Source: a virus. From it: 37,271 nt of DNA. Shown piece after piece: positions 22,964 to 31,382 of this stretch. A program made the translations under genes and the position numbers. The notes under the pieces are model-generated. The model saw only the letters and a list, made by a program, of their open reading frames with translations, was not told where the DNA came from and did no database searches. The stretch lies in IMG/VR virus record IMGVR_UViG_3300045988_035176, positions 1 through 37,271 of that record; one strand, written 5' to 3'. The first letter of the stretch is position 1, and each line of letters begins with the position of its first letter.

Positions 22964-23547
22964 CTAGAACCAGTCGTCCTCATGTTGTGCCTTTTCATAT
23001 GCCTTCGCATAAGTTGTTCCTGTCTTTTCAAGCATCAGTTCAAAATCAAAATCATCTTTGTAATGCTTGTAATACATATTGAAAGTTGTCAGTGTCAATC
23101 TTCCAACTTCATGAAATGTAAAACCGAGTTTGTTACGCCCGATAAAGTAGAACCATGTAAAGTCTATCGGCTCTGGTTCATCCTCATCGGGGATTATACG
23201 TTTTTTTCGGTGCTCTGTGTGCTGTCAACGACAACGCCATTCATCAACTGTGCAGATGATTGCAAGCCAATTTCCGTGATCATTCTTCCGACCTGTTTTC
23301 GTGTAAGCAACTTTTCTTTTGTGCCGTTTTCCTCGTTGTCAATGTCAATGCCTTCATTCAACATTGCCGTGATACCAAAGATAACAGCCTTTGCGTTTGG
23401 CTCACCATCGTTTTCTGTGCCGTCTGTGAGCTTTCCCCAGTTTTCGAGTGTGCCGTATTTTTCTTGTATAACTTCCATCACGTTAAGATTGAAAGCTAGC
23501 TTGTATGTCTTCCCTTTGTATTCAAATTCTTTTGAGATTTCCTTCAT
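22964..23547 (-). CDS. Tail assembly chaperone, -1 frameshift fusion product (GT-like).
   Basis: A slip at A_AAA_AAC (23200-23206) opens a 79-codon -1 frame (RIIPDEDEPEPIDFTWFYF...HEDDWF). It ends at 22964, just before the tape measure RBS. Confidence 0.6.
23194..23547 (-). CDS. Tail assembly chaperone (G-like, frame 0).
   Basis: A 117-aa acidic protein between the major tail protein and the tape measure. It ends 2 codons after the slippery heptamer. Confidence 0.7.
   Translation of the reverse strand: MKEISKEFEYKGKTYKLAFNLNVMEVIQEKYGTLENWGKLTDGTENDGEPNAKAVIFGITAMLNEGIDIDNEENGTKEKLLTRKQVGRMITEIGLQSSAQLMNGVVVDSTQSTEKNV
23200..23206 (-). other. Programmed -1 ribosomal frameshift slippery heptamer A_AAA_AAC.
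   Basis: It has the canonical X_XXY_YYZ form and sits in the conserved position for siphovirus G/GT chaperones. Confidence 0.6.
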
Positions 23548-23557
23548 GTTTGCCTCC

Positions 23558-23588
23558 TAATAAATAAGACAGGGACTAACCCTGTCTT
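23558..23588 (-). terminator. Terminator/attenuator hairpin after the major tail protein gene.
   Basis: AAGACAGGG-UUAGU-CCCUGUCUU (9-bp stem) followed by AUUUAUUA. It lies 10 nt after the major tail protein stop. Confidence 0.5.
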
Positions 23589-23598
23589 GAATATTCTT

Positions 23599-24159
23599 TT
23601 AGGCTGTCTTTGCCATCAGTCCTTCAAGATATGTGACAGCTTCAGTCTTTGTATCAAACGTTTTAGATTTTGACCATGTGCCATCTGCCAATGTTGCAAC
23701 AGTTCCTGCAAGCTCAGTCGTACTGAATGATACGCTATCGCCTTTTGTAGCATCATCCTGTGACGGTTCTGAGAATTTAACCTTGCACAAGAACTCTACT
23801 GTGTACTTGTAAGCACCGTTCACCATCTTTGTGACGATTCTTCCAAAGCCTACATACGGCGCAACATCATTTGCATTTCTGACAAGCTCTGAACCTTCTT
23901 TTGAAACTGTATGTCCTAGAAGGTCTGCCATTGTCTGCACATCTTCGTTGTCGATTTCTGCTGTAACAGAACCTTTCTGAAATGATGTATCACTCTCAGC
24001 CAATGCATCATCTGCATACAAAGACGCATCATTGTTACTGATATCCACTTTGCAAGAAATAGCCTTGGCTGGCTTTTTCGCGCCATCATAAGTCGCTTTT
24101 CCATCTCCCGATTCTGTAAGTTTTGAGTATCGGAAGTTATTTAAACCAATTTTAGCCAT
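23599..24159 (-). CDS. Major tail protein.
   Basis: A 186-aa protein directly upstream of the chaperone pair. The N-terminus MAKIGLNNFRYSKLTE is typical of phi13-family major tail proteins. Confidence 0.7.
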   Translation of the reverse strand: MAKIGLNNFRYSKLTESGDGKATYDGAKKPAKAISCKVDISNNDASLYADDALAESDTSFQKGSVTAEIDNEDVQTMADLLGHTVSKEGSELVRNANDVAPYVGFGRIVTKMVNGAYKYTVEFLCKVKFSEPSQDDATKGDSVSFSTTELAGTVATLADGTWSKSKTFDTKTEAVTYLEGLMAKTA

Positions 24160-24505
24160 GTTCGCTCCTTTCTATTGAAAAACATAGTGTTTTATGATAA
24201 TACTTCGTATCATCCTCATACATGTCTGCGGATGATCTGTCAGGTTCCCACATGAACCCAACACTCGTCAGCAATCCCTTTAACGCCTTGATAATCGGCT
24301 TGTAATTGCTTTTTGTGTAAATATCAAAGTCATAATATTCAACGTAGTTCAGCAGCTCATCATCACCATGTAACACGCTGTCCGCATCTGTCATCATGTA
24401 AGTGATGTATGTTTCCGAGCTTCCATTGTATCGCAAAAACTTAACAGGTATTTCTTTGCCGTTGACCGTGAAGCCACTCAATGTTTTTTCAATGAGGTTA
24501 TTCAT
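24152..24505 (-). CDS. Tail completion / tail terminator-like protein.
   Basis: The call is based on position (between the gp10-like protein and the major tail protein) and size (117 aa). Confidence 0.5.
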   Translation of the reverse strand: MNNLIEKTLSGFTVNGKEIPVKFLRYNGSSETYITYMMTDADSVLHGDDELLNYVEYYDFDIYTKSNYKPIIKALKGLLTSVGFMWEPDRSSADMYEDDTKYYHKTLCFSIERSEHG

Positions 24506-24926
24506 CTAAAAGCCCCCCGCTCAACTTCTTCTGCTCTTCTTCCATCGCTTTCATAATCTGTGACTTTTTGAAAGACTTTCGGAAGAACGGTTGCTTTGGA
24601 TAGTTCTTTTTCGAGCTTCCATATTCGAACATGTTAGCAACAAGTGGCGCAGGAGTCTTTCTTCCATCTTTATTGATGAAATATCCAGTAATCATAACTT
24701 TCGTATTGATACCATCATCTGACGGCGTTTTATATACACGTGACAGCTTCACATTTTTTGCGAAACCTGAACTGCTCAGCGACCCTGGAAGATTGGCAAT
24801 GACGTTCTTGTAAACGACCTCAGCACCTGCTTTAGTCATACCACCAAAGATATGGTCGAACTGCTTGTCGATGTAAGATATATCCTTCAATACGCTTTCA
24901 TCAATATCAGCCGTGAATTTTGCCAT
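24498..24926 (-). CDS. HK97 gp10-family head-tail joining protein.
   Basis: The call is based on position and the C-terminal PFFRKSF motif typical of the gp10 family. Confidence 0.65.
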   Translation of the reverse strand: MAKFTADIDESVLKDISYIDKQFDHIFGGMTKAGAEVVYKNVIANLPGSLSSSGFAKNVKLSRVYKTPSDDGINTKVMITGYFINKDGRKTPAPLVANMFEYGSSKKNYPKQPFFRKSFKKSQIMKAMEEEQKKLSGGLLDE

Positions 24927-25252
24927 CAGTGAGTCACTTCCTTTGCCTGAATCTCAAGCTCTACGCCATTCTCGTCCACGTTGTTCAGATACTCAATTGT
25001 ATATGTTTTGCCGTGAAACTCAATCAGCATATCCTTTGTGATTTCTGTTTTCGGATACCGAATTGTGAAGTTGGTGTATGCTTTTTCAAAATCAGAATTG
25101 TTCGCAATAAGCGTGAATCCCTTTGTCGTCCTCACGTATGCATACGGTGTAAGAATCACCTGCTTTTGTTCTGTCTGAAAGCCATCCTCATCTGTCACAA
25201 TCACAGTTTTGTAAATTGTGATACGTTTTGAATACTTCCCTGCGTTTAACAT
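24926..25252 (-). CDS. Head closure / head-tail adaptor protein.
   Basis: MLNAGKYSKRITIY...DEDG...FTIRY...IEFHGKTYTIEY matches the head-closure (SPP1 gp16-like) pattern. Confidence 0.7.
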   Translation of the reverse strand: MLNAGKYSKRITIYKTVIVTDEDGFQTEQKQVILTPYAYVRTTKGFTLIANNSDFEKAYTNFTIRYPKTEITKDMLIEFHGKTYTIEYLNNVDENGVELEIQAKEVTH

Positions 25253-25262
25253 GATTCACACC

Positions 25263-25562
25263 TCACAATAGATTGACGCTATGCATCGCAAGAATGCTCT
25301 GAACAGTATTGTTCAAATCCTTGCTGTCAACATACATTGTGCGGTTGTCCCACATGTCCTGACACAAGATAAGCACCACAATCACAAATTCAGGATATTT
25401 GTCAACGCCATCATCGTCAAGTCCTGTATAGCTTTTGATAAAAGAAGTAGCGATGGAAATAAGCATGGTCAATGTATCATTTTCGCTTTCTGCTACTTCG
25501 TCCAGTCTCAAATATTCTGCGACGTATTTCACTGTAATATCACTGACTTTGCTTACTTCCAT
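25263..25562 (-). CDS. gp6-like head-tail connector protein.
   Basis: VKYVAEYLRLDEVAESENDTLTMLISIATSFIKSYTG is the Phage_connect_1 pattern. Confidence 0.7.
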   Translation of the reverse strand: MEVSKVSDITVKYVAEYLRLDEVAESENDTLTMLISIATSFIKSYTGLDDDGVDKYPEFVIVVLILCQDMWDNRTMYVDSKDLNNTVQSILAMHSVNLL

Positions 25563-25578
25563 ACAGTTTCACCCCTTT

Positions 25579-26718
25579 TTATTTTCCTGCTGCCATCACA
25601 AGTTTTGCAAGTTTTTGAGTGTCTGCAACCTTTGCATCCCATTCAACGAAAGCTAAAATTCCAAGTAAATGTTCTTCGGCATATCTTTCTTGTAATACCT
25701 GCATGTTAGCTTCTTCTGAAACTTTCACAGCTAAACCAGATAAGTCACCGTAATAAATGGTTGTTTTTCCTGCAAGTATCTTGTCCATAGCATCAGAGCA
25801 ATAAACGTCCTTGCCTAGAAGTGTATATCCCCACTTTGCTGTAAAGTCACGGTTCAACAAATAATCGCCTTCATTATCCTTTAACTTTCTGATTGCATTT
25901 CGAGTTTCACGGTTCATAATCCAAATAGAATTACCTTGATAATTGTCAATTACCTTGTCTTGTAAATCCATCAACTCATCAGATGTAATCTTTGTGGATG
26001 TGGCAGTTGTAACAGTCATATCTGATGTAATTCCAGTTAGACCTTCAACCTTTCCACTTGTACCGAACAAAATCTCATGTTCAAAATACAATGCGATTGC
26101 TTGTGCCATTTTTGCTTCAACAAAGCCAACGATGTCAAAATTGGAATTGTTAATCAAGCTTTTTGAAATTTTTGCACGACAACGTGCAAGGAATCCGCCA
26201 AGTGTAATCTGAGTGATAACAACCTTTCCAGACTCTGCTGTAGTTCCTTCATCTGCATATTGCATCACGATAGAACTGTTCTCCGCATCATACTTTGGTA
26301 ATACTAAATTGCCAGTGATGTTATAGCGGTCTGCCATAGAGAACACAGGTGAGATTTCAATTACTTGAGAAATAATTTCATTCCAAACAGTTGTCGGAAT
26401 AAGTGTTTTTGCATCTGCTGGCATTGTTGGTGTGTCAGTATTTACAATTCCACGAATTGCATTCTCGAATGTTTTGTGATCTCTTTCTGCGTTTGTCATT
26501 TCAACATGTGGTGCAGGAACTTCCTTCATTGTCATGTCTGCCATCTGGTCATACATAGCAATAGTTGCATCAATGTCCTTGACTTCCTTTTCAAGGTTTG
26601 CAAACTTATTTTTTTCGTCTTCAGATGGTAATCTGTTTTCTGCCTTTGCAGTTGTCAACAATGCTTCCATCTGAGTGACTTTTGCGTTTCGATTTTCGAT
26701 GAGTTCTTTTACGTTCAT
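25579..26718 (-). CDS. Major capsid protein, HK97 family.
   Basis: A 379-aa protein with an N-terminal coiled-coil delta-like domain. It directly follows the ClpP-type prohead protease. Confidence 0.85.
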   Translation of the reverse strand: MNVKELIENRNAKVTQMEALLTTAKAENRLPSEDEKNKFANLEKEVKDIDATIAMYDQMADMTMKEVPAPHVEMTNAERDHKTFENAIRGIVNTDTPTMPADAKTLIPTTVWNEIISQVIEISPVFSMADRYNITGNLVLPKYDAENSSIVMQYADEGTTAESGKVVITQITLGGFLARCRAKISKSLINNSNFDIVGFVEAKMAQAIALYFEHEILFGTSGKVEGLTGITSDMTVTTATSTKITSDELMDLQDKVIDNYQGNSIWIMNRETRNAIRKLKDNEGDYLLNRDFTAKWGYTLLGKDVYCSDAMDKILAGKTTIYYGDLSGLAVKVSEEANMQVLQERYAEEHLLGILAFVEWDAKVADTQKLAKLVMAAGK

Positions 26719-27473
26719 TCTTTTGCCCCTCCGTCTTTCTTTAATGAACTAATAATATTGTCGTATGCTGAATAATCAAGCACACGATCCTCGACAGGCT
26801 TTTTAGTCTGTTTTGGTCTTTTTAGTGCATCTGGCACATGCTTATAATTTCTGAATAAATCTGTTGCACATGCCTGTACATCCTTCACTGTTTCAAGTTC
26901 ATTGACATTGAAATAGTTTCCGATATACATATCATCATCTGCATTACCACTGAACCACGTTTCGTTGTCCACTAGCTCTGCAATCTTTTCTGCCGTGATT
27001 CCTTCTTTTGCCTTTGCTTCATACATTGGCAATATCGTTCCACTTTCAATCAGATTGAGTGTGTCAATGTCATGCTGTAGCTCGTTCGCATTTCCGTATG
27101 CAAACGTCATTGGCTTATGAATCATCATTACCGAGTTTTTGTAAATATTAATATCATCTGCGACCATGGCAAGATATGTTGCGGCACTTGCACACAATCC
27201 ATCAATATATGAATGAATCTTCGCTCCGTTGTTCTGTCTGAATCTCTTCAACATGCTTACCATTGTGGAACTTGCAAACACTGAGCCACCACCACTATTG
27301 ATGTAGATATTAAAGTCTGTCACTCCTGTCAGACTGTCAAGTTCTTCCTTAAATGCGTTTGTGTCAACTGCTGATTCATCAGTCCATAAGTCCTTCTCAT
27401 CTACGATATCTCCATATACATAAAAATCAGCACTTGTTTTCGTCAGATTTTTTAGGTACTTGTAGTTCATCAT
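26715..27473 (-). CDS. ClpP-like prohead serine protease.
   Basis: Motifs INSGGGSVFAS, GLCASAATYL (Ser) and MIHKP (His) are present. The likely start is near 27473 (GGGGG RBS), overlapping the portal 3' end. Confidence 0.85.
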   Translation of the reverse strand: MMNYKYLKNLTKTSADFYVYGDIVDEKDLWTDESAVDTNAFKEELDSLTGVTDFNIYINSGGGSVFASSTMVSMLKRFRQNNGAKIHSYIDGLCASAATYLAMVADDINIYKNSVMMIHKPMTFAYGNANELQHDIDTLNLIESGTILPMYEAKAKEGITAEKIAELVDNETWFSGNADDDMYIGNYFNVNELETVKDVQACATDLFRNYKHVPDALKRPKQTKKPVEDRVLDYSAYDNIISSLKKDGGAKE

Positions 27474-28695
27474 CTGCCCCCTTCTCTTCCACTTCATCAT
27501 CTGTTTTTTCTTCATCTCCACCTGTCACTTGTCCAGTGTTTGGAGTGTAATACGTTCCAGTGTTGGTGTCATACAATACTGCGCCAAGCCCAACATTGAT
27601 AACGTCCATGCCCTCAATGTAATTGAGATTTTCCATTCGACGCAACTCATTGATAGTCATAAGTCCTGTATCTTTTGCAACCTTGTAAGCATCGAATCTC
27701 TCTTTGATGTTTGCTTTCACAATTTCTTTCGTGTCAAATTCAAAGAAGAAGTTTTTCTTTTCTTTTTCTAACAGCAACGTGCTGTTTAGTGCTGTCTCAA
27801 ATGCTTTAATAATCGGATATATCGCTTCCTTAAATGTCAGATTGAAGTCACTATGAATGTGGAAAACTCCATTGATTTCATCCTGTAATGTTTTCTTCGA
27901 CTCATTCAACTGCATTTCAACAGAACTGTTTGACGACTCCTGAAACTTGATGCCGTTATTCAAGACCATGACGGACTCGGTGTTGTTGGCATATAACCTT
28001 TTCCATGCTTCTTTCAGCTTGTTGATTTCTTCCTGTCCTAAACGTCTTTCGGCCTGTAAGAATCCTTTTTTGTTACCACCTGTTTGAACCAGTCCAAGCT
28101 GATACACCAACGTACTGTATGCCGTTTCAAGTGCTTTTGAAATTTCTTCCGTCAATCCCTTTCCGCTTGCTCCGTCTTTGGTATTTCTCAACAGCTTCAC
28201 CATGTTCCACGGATAGATTTTATCTGTACCAACATAGAACTGTACGAAGCGATTCATCGGGTCGGAATTTGACCACACAGTGACATTTATATCTGGAATA
28301 TATTTCAGTGCTGTTACGTTGTTCTGTCTGTCTATCTGGATGTAACAATATCCACCCTTGCCGAGTAAATAATCCTCGACCATGGCCTTTTTTGTCTGAA
28401 ACCCGTCAAGCGTGTTTCCTGTGTCGCCGTTCAACATTCGTACACGGCTGTCATTCTGCACTTCCTCAACTTTGCCTTTCTTGTACTTGTAAAGTTTAAC
28501 AGGCATTGCCGCAATCGAACCACTGATAAAATCAACAGCACCTGATACGGCAGGAAGCGTGAGTGCCTTTTCCCTCGTGATTGTCTCATTATTGAGCAAT
28601 GCCGATAACAGCACATCATCAAGCTGAACACTTTGATCATTAAGATTTACTTTATTCTTGAATATTTTTTTGAATAGTGCCACGCTCGTTACCAC
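27427..28695 (-). CDS. Portal protein, HK97 family.
   Basis: About 420 aa, between terL and the protease, with an acidic C-terminus. The start is the GTG at 28695 or 28683 (RBS AAAGGGTGG). Confidence 0.85.
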   Translation of the reverse strand: MVTSVALFKKIFKNKVNLNDQSVQLDDVLLSALLNNETITREKALTLPAVSGAVDFISGSIAAMPVKLYKYKKGKVEEVQNDSRVRMLNGDTGNTLDGFQTKKAMVEDYLLGKGGYCYIQIDRQNNVTALKYIPDINVTVWSNSDPMNRFVQFYVGTDKIYPWNMVKLLRNTKDGASGKGLTEEISKALETAYSTLVYQLGLVQTGGNKKGFLQAERRLGQEEINKLKEAWKRLYANNTESVMVLNNGIKFQESSNSSVEMQLNESKKTLQDEINGVFHIHSDFNLTFKEAIYPIIKAFETALNSTLLLEKEKKNFFFEFDTKEIVKANIKERFDAYKVAKDTGLMTINELRRMENLNYIEGMDVINVGLGAVLYDTNTGTYYTPNTGQVTGGDEEKTDDEVEEKGADDELQVPKKSDENKC

Positions 28696-28707
28696 CCTTT
28701 ATTAGTA

Positions 28708-28722
28708 TTTTCTATTTGAAAC
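28708..28722. repeat. GTTTC-N5-GAAAC motif copy with one mismatch (TTTTCTATTTGAAAC).
   Basis: It shares the exact 14-mer TTTCTATTTGAAAC with the copies at 5582 and 6663. It lies between terL and the portal gene, just upstream of the portal RBS. Confidence 0.55.
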
Positions 28723-28765
28723 ATTTTTACGCAAATATCTTAGCATAAATTCACGTTTCTATCAA

Positions 28766-30460
28766 TTAAATCATCTGGAACGTGAAGTCACCTTCATTTA
28801 AGAAATAATCCTGCTCAAGAAGGTAAATTGCATTGATAAGTGATACCACCATATCAACCTTGCCGTTGCTCTTTTTCTTGCTCACGTACATGTTTTTGTT
28901 GGTGTCATATGCACATTTCGCATTCTGAAAGTTGATTTCAAGAAGTTTGTTTTCTGTGTATTTGAATTTCTGCTTAAGTATTGCTTCTTTCATCCTCTTT
29001 GTCGGAGAATGTAACACGCTTGAATACTGCTTTATTTGAACCGTGTTATAGCCTTCATTAGCCAATTTCTGCGCTGTACTTAATGCATTCCATCTATCAT
29101 ATCCAATCGCCTGAATTTGCACGTTATAACGGCTTTCAACACTCAAGATTAATTGCTCAACAAATGCATACGAGATAACTCTGTCACCGCATGCAAATAC
29201 CTTCCCACTCTTTAATAGTTCTTGATAGTTCACACGCTCTGAGACTGTTTTCTCCGTGATCCTGTCTGCTGGAATGAACGCAAAACTTTCTGCAAGAATG
29301 TTATCATCATCATCGACAGAAACCATGGCAACAGATGTATTATCGTTCGATTCTGAAAGGTCAACACCTAAATATACGACTCTGCCGTTCCAATCAATAT
29401 TCGCAACCTTGCATGCTTGAACATCTTTAACATCAATAAATGTTTCAGTTCCTTGTCCTTGATAAATGATATTGCAGTGCTTTGTAACAAAGTTCTCTCG
29501 CTCGTTTTCAATAGCGATGGCTCTGGCTCTTTTCTTTACAAGATCATCCCAAATTTCAGGGATTTCCAATGCCGCAGGATTCGCCTGCTTTAAAACCATG
29601 TCGTCAGTTTCCCAATCAGACGTTTTGTCAGGCTCATACAGCAGTGCAAATATTGTTTCGTCTTTCTCGATGCCATCAAGAACCTTTTTGGCATATGCGA
29701 CCTCATCCTCGAACGGATTGTCGATTGTCGGATATTTTGTACTGATAACGAACCCTAGTTTGTTGACAACGTTAAGCTGTCCAGAACGCATAGCTTCAAC
29801 AGGATAGCCGTTCGGCAATGCTCCAACCTCATCTGCGATAAATGCGTTCGGCATACGTCCGTCCATACGGTTGTTACTGTATGCAAGCGGTATAAGCGTG
29901 TTTTCGTTTGGCTTGAACTTGATGTAGTCCCTTAACAACTTGAAACGCTTCGTTCCTTTGTACTCATATAACAGTGGACTGCTTTTGATTGTATCTGAGA
30001 TTGCTTCTTTTATCTCTCTCGATAATGCACCGTCTGGTGCAACTGAAAAGAACTTTGAGAACCTTGGTTCTGTCAAAAACAAGATGATGAAGATTGTGGC
30101 GACCGTGTACGTCTTGAAGTTCTTTCTGCAAATTTCCAAAATCCCTGTCTCGTATCTGCGCTTGTTTGGCTTGTCACGGTATACAGTGCATAGCATGGAT
30201 GTATAAAATAGCCACTGATAACCAGTGGCACACTTATACATCGACTGTCCTGCTTTCAATCCTTTCGGCATGTTAAGCAGTTTCAGAATGTTTTCAATCT
30301 GTTGAACTTTCTTTTCGGATACGAAATATTTCTTGTCTTTTCCTTCAGCAATCCGCATCCATGCTTTCATTTGTAACTTAACGTACTTCGGTGTGACTTT
30401 CTTTCTAATAGATTTTTTGCAACATTCATAAGCCTTACTGCTCGTCACCGCCATCATCTT
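28766..30460 (-). CDS. terL: Terminase large subunit.
   Basis: About 565 aa in the Terminase_1/COG4626 pattern, with a Walker A-like CRKNFKTYTVA and a C-terminal nuclease domain. It overlaps the terS 3' end. Confidence 0.9.
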   Translation of the reverse strand, partial: KMMAVTSSKAYECCKKSIRKKVTPKYVKLQMKAWMRIAEGKDKKYFVSEKKVQQIENILKLLNMPKGLKAGQSMYKCATGYQWLFYTSMLCTVYRDKPNKRRYETGILEICRKNFKTYTVATIFIILFLTEPRFSKFFSVAPDGALSREIKEAISDTIKSSPLLYEYKGTKRFKLLRDYIKFKPNENTLIPLAYSNNRMDGRMPNAFIADEVGALPNGYPVEAMRSGQLNVVNKLGFVISTKYPTIDNPFEDEVAYAKKVLDGIEKDETIFALLYEPDKTSDWETDDMVLKQANPAALEIPEIWDDLVKKRARAIAIENERENFVTKHCNIIYQGQGTETFIDVKDVQACKVANIDWNGRVVYLGVDLSESNDNTSVAMVSVDDDDNILAESFAFIPADRITEKTVSERVNYQELLKSGKVFACGDRVISYAFVEQLILSVESRYNVQIQAIGYDRWNALSTAQKLANEGYNTVQIKQYSSVLHSPTKRMKEAILKQKFKYTENKLLEINFQNAKCAYDTNKNMYVSKKKSNGKVDMVVSLINAIYLLEQDYFLNEGDFTFQMI

Positions 30461-30809
30461 CACCACCATTAATGATCTTCATAAGCGGGTCTGCATCCTC
30501 GGTTGTATCACTTACATTATAATTTTTAATGATCTTCATAAGAGTTGCAACTGTTCTATTTGCACTATCTGTCGTTGCATTATAATCTTTTACTGCTGGA
30601 CTAGAATATAGATTTTTTCTACCTTTAACATATTCTTTTTCAACTAATATTCCATCATCTTTTATAGATTTTTCTAATTCATATAACATAACTAATTGCA
30701 TTTGATATCTTTTGAAAGTAGTTATAAAAAAGTAATTACTTTGTACTCCACTTTCTTCTGCAATTTTTAAAATCTCTTGTGCTTGTTCGGATAAAGTCAT
30801 TTTTGCCAT
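30435..30809 (-). CDS. terS: Terminase small subunit (P27/Terminase_4-like).
   Basis: A 124-aa protein directly upstream of terL. The pattern ...YQMQL..LYELEKSIKDDGILVEKE...LYSSPAVKDYN...A.RTVATLMKII fits the P27 family. An HNH endonuclease is present in the genome, as is typical for this family. Confidence 0.6.
   Translation of the reverse strand: MAKMTLSEQAQEILKIAEESGVQSNYFFITTFKRYQMQLVMLYELEKSIKDDGILVEKEYVKGRKNLYSSPAVKDYNATTDSANRTVATLMKIIKNYNVSDTTEDADPLMKIINGGEDDGGDEQ
30469..30542. repeat. 17-bp perfect direct repeat TTAATGATCTTCATAAG (30469-30485 and 30526-30542) at the GC-content break inside terS.
   Basis: The copies were read directly and are 57 bp apart. They encode the duplicated peptide LMKII in the TerS C-terminus. 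Confidence 0.9.
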
Positions 30810-30830
30810 ATTATCACCCCCTATAATTTT

Positions 30831-31382
30831 TTATTTAAGATTTTTTATTTGATATGATTTATTATAACTCTTTTGGTCCTTAATCATAATTTTTAAAAAA
30901 TCTTCTCTTGTTAAATCAGATAATCTAAATACTTCTTCTGGTTTCATTCCTAATTCCTTACATATTTCTTTTGTTGTTTTTCCTTCATCCAATAATTCTT
31001 TTACTATCGCTTTCATTGGTTCTAATAAATGAGTTCCTCTTGCTCTATTATGTGTGATAGTACCATAGATATCTTCTGCATGGTCTTTATGGTCCACAAT
31101 AACAACTGGAACTTTATTTTTTAATAATGTTTTTAATGGTTCTCTACCTGATACAGTCCATCTATGAAAACCATCTATAATTGTATAATCCGGTCTTATA
31201 ACTATTGGCATAGTCCAACCATTTGTTAATATAGACTGAACTAATAATTCAAGATTTTGTTCTGATACTTTATTTGGGTTGTAATTATTTGGCTTTAATA
31301 AATCTCTATCAACAAATTTAACATTTTCTAAAGGTTCTAATATATTTTTATTTTCATATTTTTTTATTTCATTTTCTTTCAT
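30831..31382 (-). CDS. ParB/Srx-fold protein, IbrB-like, with a C-terminal HTH.
   Basis: Motifs NNYNPNKV, IIDGFHRW and HNRARGTH are typical of IbrB-type ParB-like nuclease-domain proteins. A putative HTH is TTKEICKELGMKPEEVFRL. A 4-nt overlap links it to the upstream gene. Confidence 0.7.
   Translation of the reverse strand: MKENEIKKYENKNILEPLENVKFVDRDLLKPNNYNPNKVSEQNLELLVQSILTNGWTMPIVIRPDYTIIDGFHRWTVSGREPLKTLLKNKVPVVIVDHKDHAEDIYGTITHNRARGTHLLEPMKAIVKELLDEGKTTKEICKELGMKPEEVFRLSDLTREDFLKIMIKDQKSYNKSYQIKNLK

Noticed and set aside
1599-25709. Many plus-strand ORFs in the six-frame track, for example 1599-1937, 2984-3313, 3391-3996, 4460-4933, 9065-9682, 16727-17200, 21517-21978, 22931-23560 and 25281-25709.
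   Set aside because: Each is fully antisense to a well-supported minus-strand gene. Their translations are low-complexity (rich in F, L, S, C and I), they lack ribosome-binding sites and they have no recognisable motifs. They are typical shadow ORFs of an AT-rich genome.
8453-28640. Nested same-strand alternative-frame ORFs: 8453-8638, 19452-19682, 22493-22711, 23916-24104 and 28431-28640.
   Set aside because: They lie entirely inside the SSB, tail-accessory, tape measure, major tail and portal genes in other frames. They have no RBS and their sequences are basic and low-complexity. Nothing supports overprinting.
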